NCBI GenBank assembly: GCA_905215365.1
Contig: CAJMPX010000002.1
Coordinates: 79,801-143,800 of the forward strand
Direction of reading: 5' to 3'
Origin: an uncultured bacterium
Lineage (GTDB): Bacteria; Actinomycetota; Coriobacteriia; Coriobacteriales; Coriobacteriaceae
DNA: 64,000 nucleotides
Shown here one piece after another: positions 36,380 through 46,784 of this stretch (the stretch's first letter is position 1; the number at the start of each line of letters is the position of its first letter). The notes below the pieces were generated by a model that had not been told where the DNA came from, did no database searches, and saw only the letters and a list, made by a program, of their open reading frames with translations. Made by a program: the position numbers and the translations under genes.

Positions 36380-37429
36380 CTAGTACACCATGCCCATGGC
36401 GTCCTGAACCTCGGCCAGGGTCTGCTCGGCAATCTCGTTGGCGCGACGGTTGCCCTCGTGCAGCACGTCCTTCACATAGTCCAGATCGTTCTCATAGCGC
36501 TGACGACGCTCGCGGATCGGCGCGAAGTACTCGTTGACGGCCTCGGTCACGTACTTCTTGAGCTGGCCGGAGCCGCCCATGCCAATCTCCTCGGCAATCT
36601 CGACCTCGGAACGGCCAGTGCAGATGGCGGCGGTTGAAAGCAGGCCGGACACGCCGGGGCGGTTCTCGGGATCGAACGTGATCATGCGCTCAGAGTCGGT
36701 CTGGCTCTTCTTGATGCGTTTGGCCGTCTCCTCGGCGGTCATCGAAATATTGATGGCGTTGCCGTAGCTCTTGCTCATCTTGCGACCGTCCAGGCCGGGC
36801 AGCAGCGGGGTCTCGGACAGCAGCGCGTCGACCTCGGGGAACACCTTGCCGTAACGGTTGTTAAAGCGGCGGGCGATGGTGCGGGTGAGCTCGATGTGCG
36901 GCAGCTGGTCGCGACCGACGGGCACCACATTGCCCTTGCAGAACAGGATGTCGCAGGCCTGGTGCACCGGGTAGGTGAGCAGAAGGCCGGTGAGCTCGTG
37001 GCCCGAGGCCTCCATCTCGGCCTTGACCGTGGGGTTGCGCGCCAGCTCGGCCTCGGAGACCAGCGACAGGAACGGCAGCATGAGCTGGTTTGCGGCGGGT
37101 ACGGCGGAGTGCGCGTAGATCATGGTCTTGTCGGGGTCGATGCCGCAGGCAAGGTAGTCCATGACCATGTTGTACACGTTGTCCTGGATGTGCTCGGTCG
37201 TATCGCGGTCAGTGATGACTTGGTAGTCGGCGATGAGCACGTTGGTCTTGGCGCCCATGTTCTGCAGCTCAACACGGCCCTTGAGGGTGCCGAAGTAGTG
37301 ACCCAGGTGCAGACGGCCGGTGGGGCGGTCGCCGGTGAGCATGGTGAACTTCTCGGGCGTTTTGGCCAGGCCCTCGCGAATGGCGTTGCTCTTTTGCAGC
37401 GCGACTTCGTAGCTGTTCTCGTTTGGCAT
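36380..37429 (-). CDS. trpS: Tryptophan--tRNA ligase
   Basis: TGDRPTGRLHLGH (HIGH-like), VPVGRDQ, KMSKS. Confidence 0.95.
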   Translation of the reverse strand: MPNENSYEVALQKSNAIREGLAKTPEKFTMLTGDRPTGRLHLGHYFGTLKGRVELQNMGAKTNVLIADYQVITDRDTTEHIQDNVYNMVMDYLACGIDPDKTMIYAHSAVPAANQLMLPFLSLVSEAELARNPTVKAEMEASGHELTGLLLTYPVHQACDILFCKGNVVPVGRDQLPHIELTRTIARRFNNRYGKVFPEVDALLSETPLLPGLDGRKMSKSYGNAINISMTAEETAKRIKKSQTDSERMITFDPENRPGVSGLLSTAAICTGRSEVEIAEEIGMGGSGQLKKYVTEAVNEYFAPIRERRQRYENDLDYVKDVLHEGNRRANEIAEQTLAEVQDAMGMVY

Positions 37430-37590
37430 GATTGCTCCTAACGTATGTTCATGGGTCAAGATGATAACGCGTTTATTGGAGGGTCGGGGCGTAAGTACGC
37501 GAGGGGCGGGAGAGCGGCGGCATGTGCGATGGGCGCGGCGTGGCTGCGCGTTTGGCCGGCGGCGCCTGGGCGCATCCTCGGCAGCTTACC

Positions 37591-38790
37591 CTAGCGCCTG
37601 TGGTGGCGCTCCTCCCTGCGTTCTTCTGCCGCCTGCTCCTCCTGCTTAAAGGCGGGATCGTCGGGGGTGACGAGCTCGTCCTCGTGCGTGCGCTTGTTGT
37701 AATGGTGGCGCAGCACGGGCTCAAACAGGTGCAGGTGCTTGGCAAAGGCCGCCGAACCAATGGCGAGCACGGTAAAGATGAGCACGCGCATGGGCACCTC
37801 GACCTGGTTAATCGCGGCGGCGCCGGCCGAAAGCATGATGCACCAGGCGTAGATGAGGAGCACTGCCTGCTTTTGGTTGTAGCCCTCTTGGATCAGGCGG
37901 TGGTGGATGTGGCCCTTGTCGGCCTGCCCGATGCTAATGTGGGCGCGCTTGCGGCGCACGATGGCGCTAAACGTGTCGATGATGGGCACGCCGGCAACGA
38001 TGAGCGGGATGATAAGCGAGGTGAGCGCGGCGGTGCGGCTCACGTTGAGCAGCGAGATGGAGCCCAGTGCAAAGCCCAGAAGCAACGACCCCGAGTCGCC
38101 CAAGAAGATGCTTGCGGGGTTGAAGTTGTAGCGCAAAAAGGCCAGGCAAGCGCCAAAGAGCGCAATGGAGAGCGCGGCGGCGTCGATGCGGCCCGAGAGA
38201 ACGGCCATCGAAAACATGGTGAACGACGCGATGCCGCAGATGCCCGTGGCCAAGCCGTCGAGGCCGTCGATGAGGTTAATGATGTTGGTGAATGCCACCA
38301 GATAGATCACGGTGATGGGGTAGGCGAGCCATCCGAGCATGATCTCGCCGGGGGCAAACGGGTTGACGATGACGCCGATCCGCAGGCCGCCGATACAGGC
38401 GATAAGCGCGGCGAGGACCTGTCCGGCTAGCTTTTGCTTGGGCTTGAGCTGGAAGACGTCGTCGATAGCGCCGGTCGCAAAGATGACGGTAAAAGAAAGC
38501 GCAAGTATGGGGTAGCTGATGTGCAGACGGGGGTGGGGCACCAAAACGGGCGGCCAACCCAGGTACCAGGTGCCTAGGATTTGCACAATACAGGCAACGA
38601 CCAGGCCCAAAAACACCGCCGTTCCGCCCAAACGCGGGATGGGCTTGGTGTTGATGCGGCGCTTAGAAGGATAGTCGACGGCGTCGAGCTTAATTGCCAA
38701 GCGCTTGACCAGGGGCACCGTGAGGAAGGTCGTGATAAAGGCCGCCGCTGCCACGCATAGATACGGTATGTAGCTCGGGGATGAAGCCAT
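37591..38790 (-). CDS. Undecaprenyl-phosphate GlcNAc-1-phosphate transferase (WecA/TagO/MraY family)
   Basis: PRLGG, GAIDD, NLIDGLDGLA, IFLGDSGS, HIHHRL. Confidence 0.9.
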   Translation of the reverse strand: MASSPSYIPYLCVAAAAFITTFLTVPLVKRLAIKLDAVDYPSKRRINTKPIPRLGGTAVFLGLVVACIVQILGTWYLGWPPVLVPHPRLHISYPILALSFTVIFATGAIDDVFQLKPKQKLAGQVLAALIACIGGLRIGVIVNPFAPGEIMLGWLAYPITVIYLVAFTNIINLIDGLDGLATGICGIASFTMFSMAVLSGRIDAAALSIALFGACLAFLRYNFNPASIFLGDSGSLLLGFALGSISLLNVSRTAALTSLIIPLIVAGVPIIDTFSAIVRRKRAHISIGQADKGHIHHRLIQEGYNQKQAVLLIYAWCIMLSAGAAAINQVEVPMRVLIFTVLAIGSAAFAKHLHLFEPVLRHHYNKRTHEDELVTPDDPAFKQEEQAAEERREERHHRR

Positions 38791-39003
38791 GAATCTAAAA
38801 ACCGCCAAGCGTCGAAGGAAAAGGTCAAAGGTTGCTAAGCGCAAAGGGCATAGCCGAACCATGATACTCGACCAAGGGGGGTGCATGGAATTGCACGCAG
38901 CGATAATCACGCGCTTACCAGATATTGGGATGTTGTCGATGGATTGTTGGGATACCGGCGGGGATCCATATGGGCTGTAATGGTGGTTTTCGGCAAATAA
39001 AAA

Positions 39004-39162
39004 CCACCCCCCACGTTACGAAAATGAACCCACCTAAAACAGGTGGGTGCCCTCATCGACTGTTCCAGCGTCCTTAACAACGAAGGATACCTGTACTAGG
39101 TACGACTGTGTGGGCTCCCTAAATAAACGCGACGGTTCACCCAGTTGCTCCGCGGGGGGCGG
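39004..39162 (-). ncRNA. ssrS: Probable 6S RNA
   Basis: Minus strand forms a long rod: terminal CCGCCCCCCGCG/CGTGGGGGGTGG stem, TGAACC/GGTTCA helix, GGGAGCCCACA and GGCACCCACCTG segments recalled from 6S RNAs; TATGAT -10 upstream and U-tract downstream. Confidence 0.6.
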
Positions 39163-39314
39163 AATACCTACATCATAAAGCGGCACTTTGTCGATTCCAG
39201 TCTTGACATTATAAAAAACGTGTCGGACGATTACGGCGCCTTGGGCTCGAGCCGTCTGTGCGGTTGGTCCCTTTACGTTTGAGCTGCTGAATCATTGTTT
39301 TGGAGCATGTTTTT

Positions 39315-40253
39315 ATGCCGACGTCGTTGACCGAACTTTTTTCGCCCGCCTGCCATTTGTGTCCGCGCCGTTGCGGTGCGGCGCGCGACGAGGGCGCGCG
39401 TGGCGTGTGCGGCGCCGACAACACGCTTAAGGTCGCCCGCGCGGCGCTCCATATGTGGGAGGAGCCGCCCATTTCGGGCGAGGCCGGCTCGGGTACGATT
39501 TTCTTTAGCGGCTGTTCGCTCAAATGTATCTACTGCCAAAACCACGAGATCTCGACGGGCAATTTTGGCCTTGAGATTTCGCCTGAGCGCCTGGTCGAGA
39601 TTATGCTGGAACTGCAGGACCAGGGTGCCAACAACATCAATTTGGTGACTGCGACGCACTATGCGCACCTGTTGCCTGCCGCGATTGCCGCGGCACGGAC
39701 GCGCGGGCTGGTCATCCCGATCGTCTACAACACGAGTGGTTACGAGCGCGCGAGTGCCGTGGCGGCGCTGGGCGACCTGGTCGACGTGTGGCTTACGGAT
39801 TTTAAATATGCCGATGCCGGGCTTGCGCAGTCGCTTTCTCATATTAAGGACTACCCGCGCGTGGCCGTGTCGGGTCTGGCCCAGATGGCGCGCGAGATCG
39901 ATCGCCGCGGGGGAGAGCTGGTGGATGAGGGCGGGCTCATGAAGCGCGGCATCATCGTGCGCCACCTGGTGCTGCCGGGGCATGCGGATGACTCGTGCCG
40001 CGTGTTAGACCTGGTGTGGCAGACGGTGGGCGACGTGCCGATCTCGGTCATGAACCAGTACACGCCCAATGCGCTCATGCGCGAGCAGGGCGGCGACCTG
40101 GCACGTGCCGTGACGCGCGAGGAGTACGAGCAGGTGCTCGACCATGCCGACGACCTGGGCTTTACGACGATGTTTTGGCAAGAAGGCGGCGCGGTAGACG
40201 AGAGCTTTACCCCGGCGTTCGACACCACCGGCGTCCTCACCAGCGCAAAGTAG
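39315..40253 (+). CDS. Radical SAM protein, PflX-like
   Basis: CHLCPRRC, HMWEEP, CSLKCIYC (CxxxCxxC), RHLVLPG. Confidence 0.85.
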   Translation: MPTSLTELFSPACHLCPRRCGAARDEGARGVCGADNTLKVARAALHMWEEPPISGEAGSGTIFFSGCSLKCIYCQNHEISTGNFGLEISPERLVEIMLELQDQGANNINLVTATHYAHLLPAAIAAARTRGLVIPIVYNTSGYERASAVAALGDLVDVWLTDFKYADAGLAQSLSHIKDYPRVAVSGLAQMAREIDRRGGELVDEGGLMKRGIIVRHLVLPGHADDSCRVLDLVWQTVGDVPISVMNQYTPNALMREQGGDLARAVTREEYEQVLDHADDLGFTTMFWQEGGAVDESFTPAFDTTGVLTSAK

Positions 40254-40262
40254 CGCGTTCGC

Positions 40263-40342
40263 CGATGATTTTTCTGGGACGGGGATTAAAAAATCATTCG
40301 GTACACAATGTTTTTTTAATCCCCGTCCCAGAAAAATCATCG
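40263..40342. repeat. Inverted REP doublet (REPIN-like), family 3
   Basis: CGATGATTTTTCTGGGACGGGGATTAAAAAA ... TTTTTTAATCCCCGTCCCAGAAAAATCATCG. Confidence 0.8.
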
Positions 40343-40406
40343 AGAGGATCGCCTGCTCGAAAAGTTGTCAAAATAGCCGTGCCCCAAAAAGACTGATTAT
40401 TGGGCG

Positions 40407-40434
40407 TTGACAGTTGGCGAGCCGTAGGTAAAAT
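40407..40434 (+). promoter_or_regulatory. Sigma70 promoter of tRNA-Ala
   Basis: TTGACA-16-TAAAAT. Confidence 0.7.
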
Positions 40435-40447
40435 ATCAACTTGTCCT

Positions 40448-40520
40448 GGGGACGTAGCTCAGTTGGGAGAGCGCTGCCGTCGCATGGCAGAGGCCGAGGG
40501 TTCGACTCCCTTCGTCTCCA
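40448..40520 (+). tRNA. tRNA-Ala(CGC)
   Basis: GGGGACG/CGTCTCC acceptor with G3:U70, CTGCC-GT CGC AT-GGCAG anticodon arm, GGTTCGA T-loop; CCA not encoded. Confidence 0.95.
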
Positions 40521-40534
40521 CCCTTGGATTTGAT

Positions 40535-40566
40535 AAGCCGCTGACATTGTGTCGGCGGCTTTTTTT
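40535..40566 (+). terminator. Intrinsic terminator after tRNA-Ala
   Basis: AAGCCGCTGAC...GTCGGCGGCTT plus T-run. Confidence 0.75.
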
Positions 40567-40584
40567 AAAAGAAAGGGCTGTACC

Positions 40585-41025
40585 ATGGCCGAGCTTGAGT
40601 CCCAACCACTGTCTGCCGAGGAACGCGCCGAGTTGGAAGAGCTCCGCGCCGAGAAAGCTCGTCGCGAGGCCCAGGAAGAGGCACGCCGCGAGCGTGAGGA
40701 GCTGGCCGCCCTGCGTGCCGAGCGTGCGAAGGCCGAGGAGGCTGCTGCGAAGGGCGCATCCGAGCCCAAGCCCGCCGCCGCGAAGCCCGCGCCCGCCGCA
40801 CCTAAACCTCAGCCTAAAAAGACCGCTCGTCCCAAGTTCGTCGATCCTAAGCCGAGCCGTGACGAGATGAGCTTTGCCCAGCGCATGGTTACCTCCAAGG
40901 AGCCTACGGGCGAGAACGAGATCCCTGGCATGGCGCCGGCTCAAAAAATCATCATTGTCCTTGCCCTCATCGCGTTTGTCATCTTTATGGGCTACACGAT
41001 CCTGACCAGCATGGGCCTGCTCTAG
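40585..41025 (+). CDS. Hypothetical protein with coiled-coil and C-terminal TM anchor
   Basis: GAAAGG RBS; charged helix, P/A linker, one hydrophobic segment. Confidence 0.75.
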   Translation: MAELESQPLSAEERAELEELRAEKARREAQEEARREREELAALRAERAKAEEAAAKGASEPKPAAAKPAPAAPKPQPKKTARPKFVDPKPSRDEMSFAQRMVTSKEPTGENEIPGMAPAQKIIIVLALIAFVIFMGYTILTSMGLL

Positions 41026-41109
41026 CCGATTCGCGCCGGGTGTCATGCCCGAACACTCTGCCCTTCTCCAACCCTCAACCTCTGCACAACGCATCCGAAA
41101 GGTCGCCCC

Positions 41110-42615
41110 ATGGCTTTGACCGACATCTCGCATCCCACCGACATCGCAATGCTCACTGATCTGTACGAACTCACTATGGCCCAGGGCCTGTGGGAGAGCG
41201 GCAAGGCCAATGAGCAGGGTTGCTTTACGGCGTTTTACCGCGACCATCCCTTCGGCAGCGCGTATGCCGTCATGTGCGGCACCGCCGAGCTGCCCGAGCT
41301 TGTCGAGAATCTGCGCTTTACGCCCGAGGATATCGACTACCTCGCCTCACTTCAGGCCCCGGCCGGCGGCGCGATGTTCAAGCCTGCATTCCTCGACTAC
41401 CTGCGCAACTTCCGCGCGCATGTAAACATCGACGCCGTGCCCGAGGGCGAGCTCGTCTTTCCGCGCGAGCCCATGGTTCGCGTCACCGGCCCCGCGCTGG
41501 AGTGCCAGCTGCTCGAGACGGCGCTGCTCAACATCGTTGGGTTCCAGACGCTTGTCGCCACCAAGACGGCGCGCGTGGTGCTGGCGGCGGACGGCCGTCC
41601 CGTTGCCGAGTTTGGCCTGCGCCGCGCTCAGGGTCCCGATGGCGGCTTGGCCGTCGCGCGCGCGAGCTACGTTGCCGGCTGCTCCTCTACGTCCAATGTG
41701 CTCGCCGGCCGCCGCTACGGTATTCCCGTCTTTGGCACGCATGCGCACAGCTGGGTGATGAGCTTCGATTCCGAGCTCGAGGCCTTCCGCGCCTTTGCCA
41801 AGTCGAGCCCCAAGAACTGCACGCTGCTCATCGACACCTATGACGTGCGCGAGGGCTGTGAACATGCCATTACGGTTGCCAAGGAGATGGAAGCGGTGGG
41901 CGAGCGCCTGTCGGCCATTCGCATCGACTCCGGCGACCTCGCCAAACTCTCAAAGTATGTGCGCGGCCGTTTTGATGCCGAGGGCCTGCCCTATGTGGGG
42001 ATCTCGGTTTCTAACGATTTGGATGAGTACACGATTCAGTCGCTGCTCGACCAGGGCGCGCCCATCGACAGCTTTGGCGTGGGCACCAAACTCGCGACCT
42101 GCTACGATCAGCCTGCGCTGGGCGGCGTGTACAAGCTTTCGGCCCGTCGTGCGAGCGACGCGGAGCCGTGGACGCCGGTGGTGAAGCTTTCCGAGCAGCC
42201 CTACAAGCGCACGATCCCCGGCGTGCAGCGCGTACGACGCTATTACGACGGCTTTGGCGGCCCGGTTTGCGACATGATTTATGACGAGGACCATCTGGCA
42301 GGGGAGGGCGTCGCGCGCGGCAATACCCTTGTGGCCGTGAACGATGCCGCCCTGGTGACCGACGTGTCCGAACTTGAGTATCGCGAGCTGCTGGTGCCGA
42401 TCGTGCGCGATGGCAGTGCGGTGGCTCCGCGTGAGAGCATCCAGGACGCGCGCGAGCGCTGTGCTTGGGCGCTCGACCATCTGGACGCAGCTTTCAAGCG
42501 CTTCCTGTACCCGCAGACCTATGTGGTGGGTATGGAGCAGGGCCTGGCTCAGGTGCGCGACGAGCTCGTGCGCAAGAACATGGCCGCGGCCTCTGCCTTT
42601 CCCTGGGCTCACTAA
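41110..42615 (+). CDS. pncB: Nicotinate phosphoribosyltransferase
   Basis: LTDLYELTM, EFGLRRAQG, GTHAHSW, IRIDSGD, FGVGT. Confidence 0.95.
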   Translation: MALTDISHPTDIAMLTDLYELTMAQGLWESGKANEQGCFTAFYRDHPFGSAYAVMCGTAELPELVENLRFTPEDIDYLASLQAPAGGAMFKPAFLDYLRNFRAHVNIDAVPEGELVFPREPMVRVTGPALECQLLETALLNIVGFQTLVATKTARVVLAADGRPVAEFGLRRAQGPDGGLAVARASYVAGCSSTSNVLAGRRYGIPVFGTHAHSWVMSFDSELEAFRAFAKSSPKNCTLLIDTYDVREGCEHAITVAKEMEAVGERLSAIRIDSGDLAKLSKYVRGRFDAEGLPYVGISVSNDLDEYTIQSLLDQGAPIDSFGVGTKLATCYDQPALGGVYKLSARRASDAEPWTPVVKLSEQPYKRTIPGVQRVRRYYDGFGGPVCDMIYDEDHLAGEGVARGNTLVAVNDAALVTDVSELEYRELLVPIVRDGSAVAPRESIQDARERCAWALDHLDAAFKRFLYPQTYVVGMEQGLAQVRDELVRKNMAAASAFPWAH

Positions 42616-42694
42616 TTCCTTGGGCGGTAGGGGCGAGTCACGCTTCCCTGGCCGCCGGCTCGGCCGTTCGCTGAACAGTTGATTGGTTTGACGT

Positions 42695-43822
42695 ATGACG
42701 ACTTCTTATAAAACGATGGTGGTAAAGATCGGTTCGTCCACGGTGGTGGGCGCCGACGGCAAGGTCAACCGCGCCTTTATCGGCGGGCTTGCCGACCAGG
42801 CCGCAGCGCTGCGCGAGCTTGGCTGGCGCCTGGTCGTGGTGAGCTCGGGTGCCATTGCCTGCGGCTATCCCGTGCTGGGCTTCGACCGTAAGCCGGTCGG
42901 CGACCTGCCGAGCCTGCAGGCCTGCGCCTCGGCCGGTCAGTGCATCATCTCGTCGGCCTACGACGAGGAGTTCCATGCGCGCGACCTGCTCACCTCGCTC
43001 GTGCTGCTCACGCGTCACGACACGGCGCGCCGCACGTCCTACCTGCACGCGCGCGACGCCCTGCTTCGCCTTGTGGAGCTTGGCGTGGTGCCGGTCGTCA
43101 ACGAGAACGATACCGTCACCGTCGATGAGATCAAGTTTGGCGACAACGACACGCTGGCGGCGCTTGTGAGCTGTCTGGTTTCCGCCGATCTGTGCGTGAC
43201 GCTCTCGGACATCAATGGCCTCTATACCGCCAATCCGCACGAGGACCCCACGGCCGAGTTCGTCCCGGTCGTGCATAAGATCGACGCCAAGATCATCGCC
43301 TCGGCGGGCGATTCTTCCACATCGGTGGGCACGGGCGGCATGATCACCAAGATCCGTGCAAGCCGCATTCTCATGACGGCCGGCATTCAGAGCGTGATTT
43401 GCTCGGGCGAGGAGCCCGATGCGCTCGTGCGTTTGGCCCGCGGCGAGAGCGTGGGCACGCTGTTCGATCCGCCGGCGGAGCGCCTGGACATTGCACCCCG
43501 CAAGCTGTGGATTGCACTGGGCGACAAGGCGCACGGCTCGGTGACGGTTGATGACGGCGCCGCGAAGGCGCTGGTCAGCCGCGGATCGTCGCTGCTCGCG
43601 GTGGGTATTCGCGAGGTCGATGGCCAGTTTGCCGAGGGCGATGTGCTCGACGTGTGCGACCCGAGCGGCATGGTTGTCGCCCGCGGTATCGCCGAGGCCG
43701 ATTCGGACGTGCTGGAGCTCGCCGCCGGCCGCCGCCAGGACCAGATTGCCAGCAACCGCCTGCTCGCAGACCTGGCCGAGAAGCCCGCAATCCATAGGGA
43801 CAACTTGATAGTGTTTGCATAA
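42695..43822 (+). CDS. proB: Glutamate 5-kinase
   Basis: VKIGSS, VSSGA, NENDTV, FGDND, GTGGMITK, PUA domain. Confidence 0.95.
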   Translation: MTTSYKTMVVKIGSSTVVGADGKVNRAFIGGLADQAAALRELGWRLVVVSSGAIACGYPVLGFDRKPVGDLPSLQACASAGQCIISSAYDEEFHARDLLTSLVLLTRHDTARRTSYLHARDALLRLVELGVVPVVNENDTVTVDEIKFGDNDTLAALVSCLVSADLCVTLSDINGLYTANPHEDPTAEFVPVVHKIDAKIIASAGDSSTSVGTGGMITKIRASRILMTAGIQSVICSGEEPDALVRLARGESVGTLFDPPAERLDIAPRKLWIALGDKAHGSVTVDDGAAKALVSRGSSLLAVGIREVDGQFAEGDVLDVCDPSGMVVARGIAEADSDVLELAAGRRQDQIASNRLLADLAEKPAIHRDNLIVFA

Positions 43823-43923
43823 AGAGAGGCAGCGCTGCGGCTCGTTTTGCCAGCAGTGCTGCCTCTCCTTTTCCGGCACTTGGGGACGTTCCTATTGTGC
43901 CGGCAGGTGGGGACACTCCTTTG

Positions 43924-45342
43924 CTAGAAGATTCGGCGCAGGTCTCCGCGGTTGAGGGACTCGTCGAAGAGGTGCTTGAATACCACACTGCCGTGCAGGC
44001 CGTCGTGCTCGAACTCGTTGGTTACCCAGGCGTGCGAGTTGCCCACGCGGCTGAGCGTGTCGAGCTGCAGACTCGAATCGACGTACATGTCATCGAAGTA
44101 CACCGCGGCCTGGAGCGGCACCTCGTTGCAGGCCAGGCGCTGCGGGTCATAGATCTTGTCCCAGCTGGTGTCTTCCATCAGCAGGTCCATGGCGGGCTTG
44201 AAGGGCTTGAGCTCGGGCATCTGCTCGAACATCCACGGGAACATGGCCTCGCCGGTAAACATGAGCGGGCGCGCGAGGGTGTCGAACTCGGCGTGGTGTG
44301 CCTTCTCTTCAGCTGCGGCCCAGCCAATGGGCATAGTGTCACCGTCGGCGTATATGAACTCCTGCAGCGTCCAGTACAGCGGATTCGTGCGCGTGTTGGT
44401 GCGCTCGAAGGCGCGCATCAAAAAGCTGTCGGATACCGAGGAGCCGCAGCTCAGCGTACCGTCGCCTGTAACAAACGCGTGATCGATAATCCAATGCATG
44501 CGCTCAAAGCTCGGCTTCATGCCAAAGTCGCTGCCCATGAGCTGTAGGCGCTCGACCGTCATTGGCGAGCCGTCGGGCAGTACGGGCTTCTGAGCCTCGA
44601 GCGCATCGGCCAGGGCTGCCACGCGCTCGACATCGGCGGGGTAACGGTCGTAATACTGCTGCGTCTTGGCGGCCATGCGCGGGAAGGTGTGCGCGTAGAC
44701 CTCGCTGGCGCTCGCCGGCACGTGCGGAATGCCGCCGCAGGTAAAGCTTGCCGCCACGCCCTCGGGGAAGAGCGACAGATAGCTCAACGTCAAAAAGCCG
44801 CCGTAGCTCTGCCCGAGTGTGACCCAGGGCTTGCCGCCAAAGCCCACCAGGCGCAGGTACTCAAAATCGCGCACGATGGAGCTGGCGAGGTGACGCTTGA
44901 GGAAGTCCGCCTGCGAGCGGGCCGCATCGGAGCCTGCCGCCTCGGCGCGCTCGCCCAGTGCGGCAATCGTGCGCCCGTCTACACAGCTGCTGCGCCCGGT
45001 ACCGCGCTGGTCGGGCAGGACCACGCGGAAGTGCTTGACGGCCTCCTCGATCCAGCCATCGCTTGTGGGTGACAGCGGACGCGGGCTCTCGCCGCCGGGG
45101 CCGCCCTGCAAAAACAGAAGCAGCGGCAGATCGTCGTTGATGCGGTCGGGCGCGCAAACCACGCGGTAGAAGAGCTTGATGCTCTCGGGCGCGCCGGCGA
45201 TTGGTGCCGGCATAGCGCCGCGGCGCATGGTGCTGCCGACGGCCAGGAGCATTGGCTCCAGGCCGCGCCAGTCGAGGGGGACGTCGATGCTGTGGTCCTC
45301 GACATACAGGCCGGGGACGTGGTACGAAGTAATGAGGGCCAT
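43924..45342 (-). CDS. Proline iminopeptidase-like alpha/beta hydrolase
   Basis: FLQGGPG, DQRGTG, GQSYGG nucleophile elbow, DDMYV, EHDG. Confidence 0.85.
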   Translation of the reverse strand: MALITSYHVPGLYVEDHSIDVPLDWRGLEPMLLAVGSTMRRGAMPAPIAGAPESIKLFYRVVCAPDRINDDLPLLLFLQGGPGGESPRPLSPTSDGWIEEAVKHFRVVLPDQRGTGRSSCVDGRTIAALGERAEAAGSDAARSQADFLKRHLASSIVRDFEYLRLVGFGGKPWVTLGQSYGGFLTLSYLSLFPEGVAASFTCGGIPHVPASASEVYAHTFPRMAAKTQQYYDRYPADVERVAALADALEAQKPVLPDGSPMTVERLQLMGSDFGMKPSFERMHWIIDHAFVTGDGTLSCGSSVSDSFLMRAFERTNTRTNPLYWTLQEFIYADGDTMPIGWAAAEEKAHHAEFDTLARPLMFTGEAMFPWMFEQMPELKPFKPAMDLLMEDTSWDKIYDPQRLACNEVPLQAAVYFDDMYVDSSLQLDTLSRVGNSHAWVTNEFEHDGLHGSVVFKHLFDESLNRGDLRRIF

Positions 45343-45454
45343 GTGAGTCTTCCGTTCGTTGCGGTGTTTCGGGTTGACCAATTCTACCGCCGCGGGCGAG
45401 GCCATGCGCAAATCGGCTACCATGGTTGCAAACTTCTAGGAGAAAGGGCCGTCC

Positions 45455-46741
45455 ATGTCGGTCGATATAGCCACGTATGTCCACGATCTTGCCGTTGCCG
45501 CTAAGGCAGCGTCGGCCTCGCTTGCCACGGCGAGCGACGAGCAGCGCCAGGAGGCCGTGCGCGCCATGGCCGCAGCACTGCGCAACGGTATCGACTCCAT
45601 CGTCGCCGCCAACGAGCTCGATATGTCCGCTGCGCGTGATGCGGGCACCTCGGTCGGATTGCTCGATCGTCTGCTGCTGACGCCCGAGCGCGTCGAGGGC
45701 ATGGCCGCCGGCCTGGAGAAGCTCGCCGAGCTGCCCGATCCCGTGGGCCGCGTGCTCGACCACCGCGTGCTCGCAAGCGGCGTGGACCTCACCCGCGTGA
45801 GCGTGCCGTTGGGCCTAGTCGCCATGGTGTACGAGGCGCGCCCCAACGTGACGGCCGACGCCGCGGGCATCTGCATCCGCACCGGCAACGCCTGCATTCT
45901 GCGCGGCGGCTCGCTGGCCTATCACTCGTGTGCCATGATTGCCGAACTGCTGGCCGATGCGCTCGAGGCCAAGGGCTTCCCGCGCGAGGCCGTGTCGATG
46001 ATCGAGTCTACCGACCGCGAGGCCACCGGCGAGCTCATGAAGCTCCGCGGCGTCGTCGATGTGCTCATTCCGCGTGGCGGTGCGGGCCTGATCCAGCGCT
46101 GCGTGCGCGAGTCGCTCGTTCCGGTGATCGAGACGGGCACGGGTAACTGCCACATCTACGTGCATGAATCCGCCGACTTCGATAAAGCGCTCAATATTAT
46201 CGTCAACGCTAAGACGCAGCGCGTGGGCGTGTGCAATGCCGCCGAGTCGCTGCTGGTCGACCGTGCCGTGGCCGATGCGTTTTTGCCCGCGGTCGTGGCC
46301 GTGCTGCATGACCACGGCGTGCTCATTCACGGCGACGAGGCCACGTGCGCCGCATGCGCCGACGCCGGGCTTGCCGAGGGCGATGACTACGTTGCCGCGA
46401 CTGAGGAGGACTGGGGTCGCGAGTATCTGGCGCTCGAGATGAGCGTGAAGGTCGTGGCGAACGAGGACGAGGCCATCGCGCACATCAACCGCTACGGCAC
46501 GATGCACTCCGAGGCCATCGTTGCAGAGGACACGGATGCTTGCGAGCGCTTCCTGGACGAGGTCGATGCCTCGGCCGTGTATGCCAACGCCAGCACGCGC
46601 TTTACCGACGGCGGCGAGTTTGGCCTGGGCGCCGAGATTGGCATCTCGACCCAAAAGCTCCACGCCCGCGGCCCCTTTGCCGCCGAGGCCCTCACCACCT
46701 ACAAATACAAGCTCCGCGGCACCGGCCAGGTCCGCCCCTAA
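45455..46741 (+). CDS. proA: Gamma-glutamyl phosphate reductase
   Basis: YEARPNVT, IPRGG, GNCH, CNAAESLL, NASTRFTDG, GISTQKLHARGP. Confidence 0.95.
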   Translation: MSVDIATYVHDLAVAAKAASASLATASDEQRQEAVRAMAAALRNGIDSIVAANELDMSAARDAGTSVGLLDRLLLTPERVEGMAAGLEKLAELPDPVGRVLDHRVLASGVDLTRVSVPLGLVAMVYEARPNVTADAAGICIRTGNACILRGGSLAYHSCAMIAELLADALEAKGFPREAVSMIESTDREATGELMKLRGVVDVLIPRGGAGLIQRCVRESLVPVIETGTGNCHIYVHESADFDKALNIIVNAKTQRVGVCNAAESLLVDRAVADAFLPAVVAVLHDHGVLIHGDEATCAACADAGLAEGDDYVAATEEDWGREYLALEMSVKVVANEDEAIAHINRYGTMHSEAIVAEDTDACERFLDEVDASAVYANASTRFTDGGEFGLGAEIGISTQKLHARGPFAAEALTTYKYKLRGTGQVRP

Positions 46742-46784
46742 ACCTACCAAAAAGGGACAGGTTTATTTTGGCAGGTTTTATCTG
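46739..46784 (+). repeat. REP-like palindrome, family 2, starting at the proA stop codon
   Basis: TAAACCTACCAAAAAGGGACAGGTTTATTTTGGCAGGTTTTATCTG. Confidence 0.8.
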
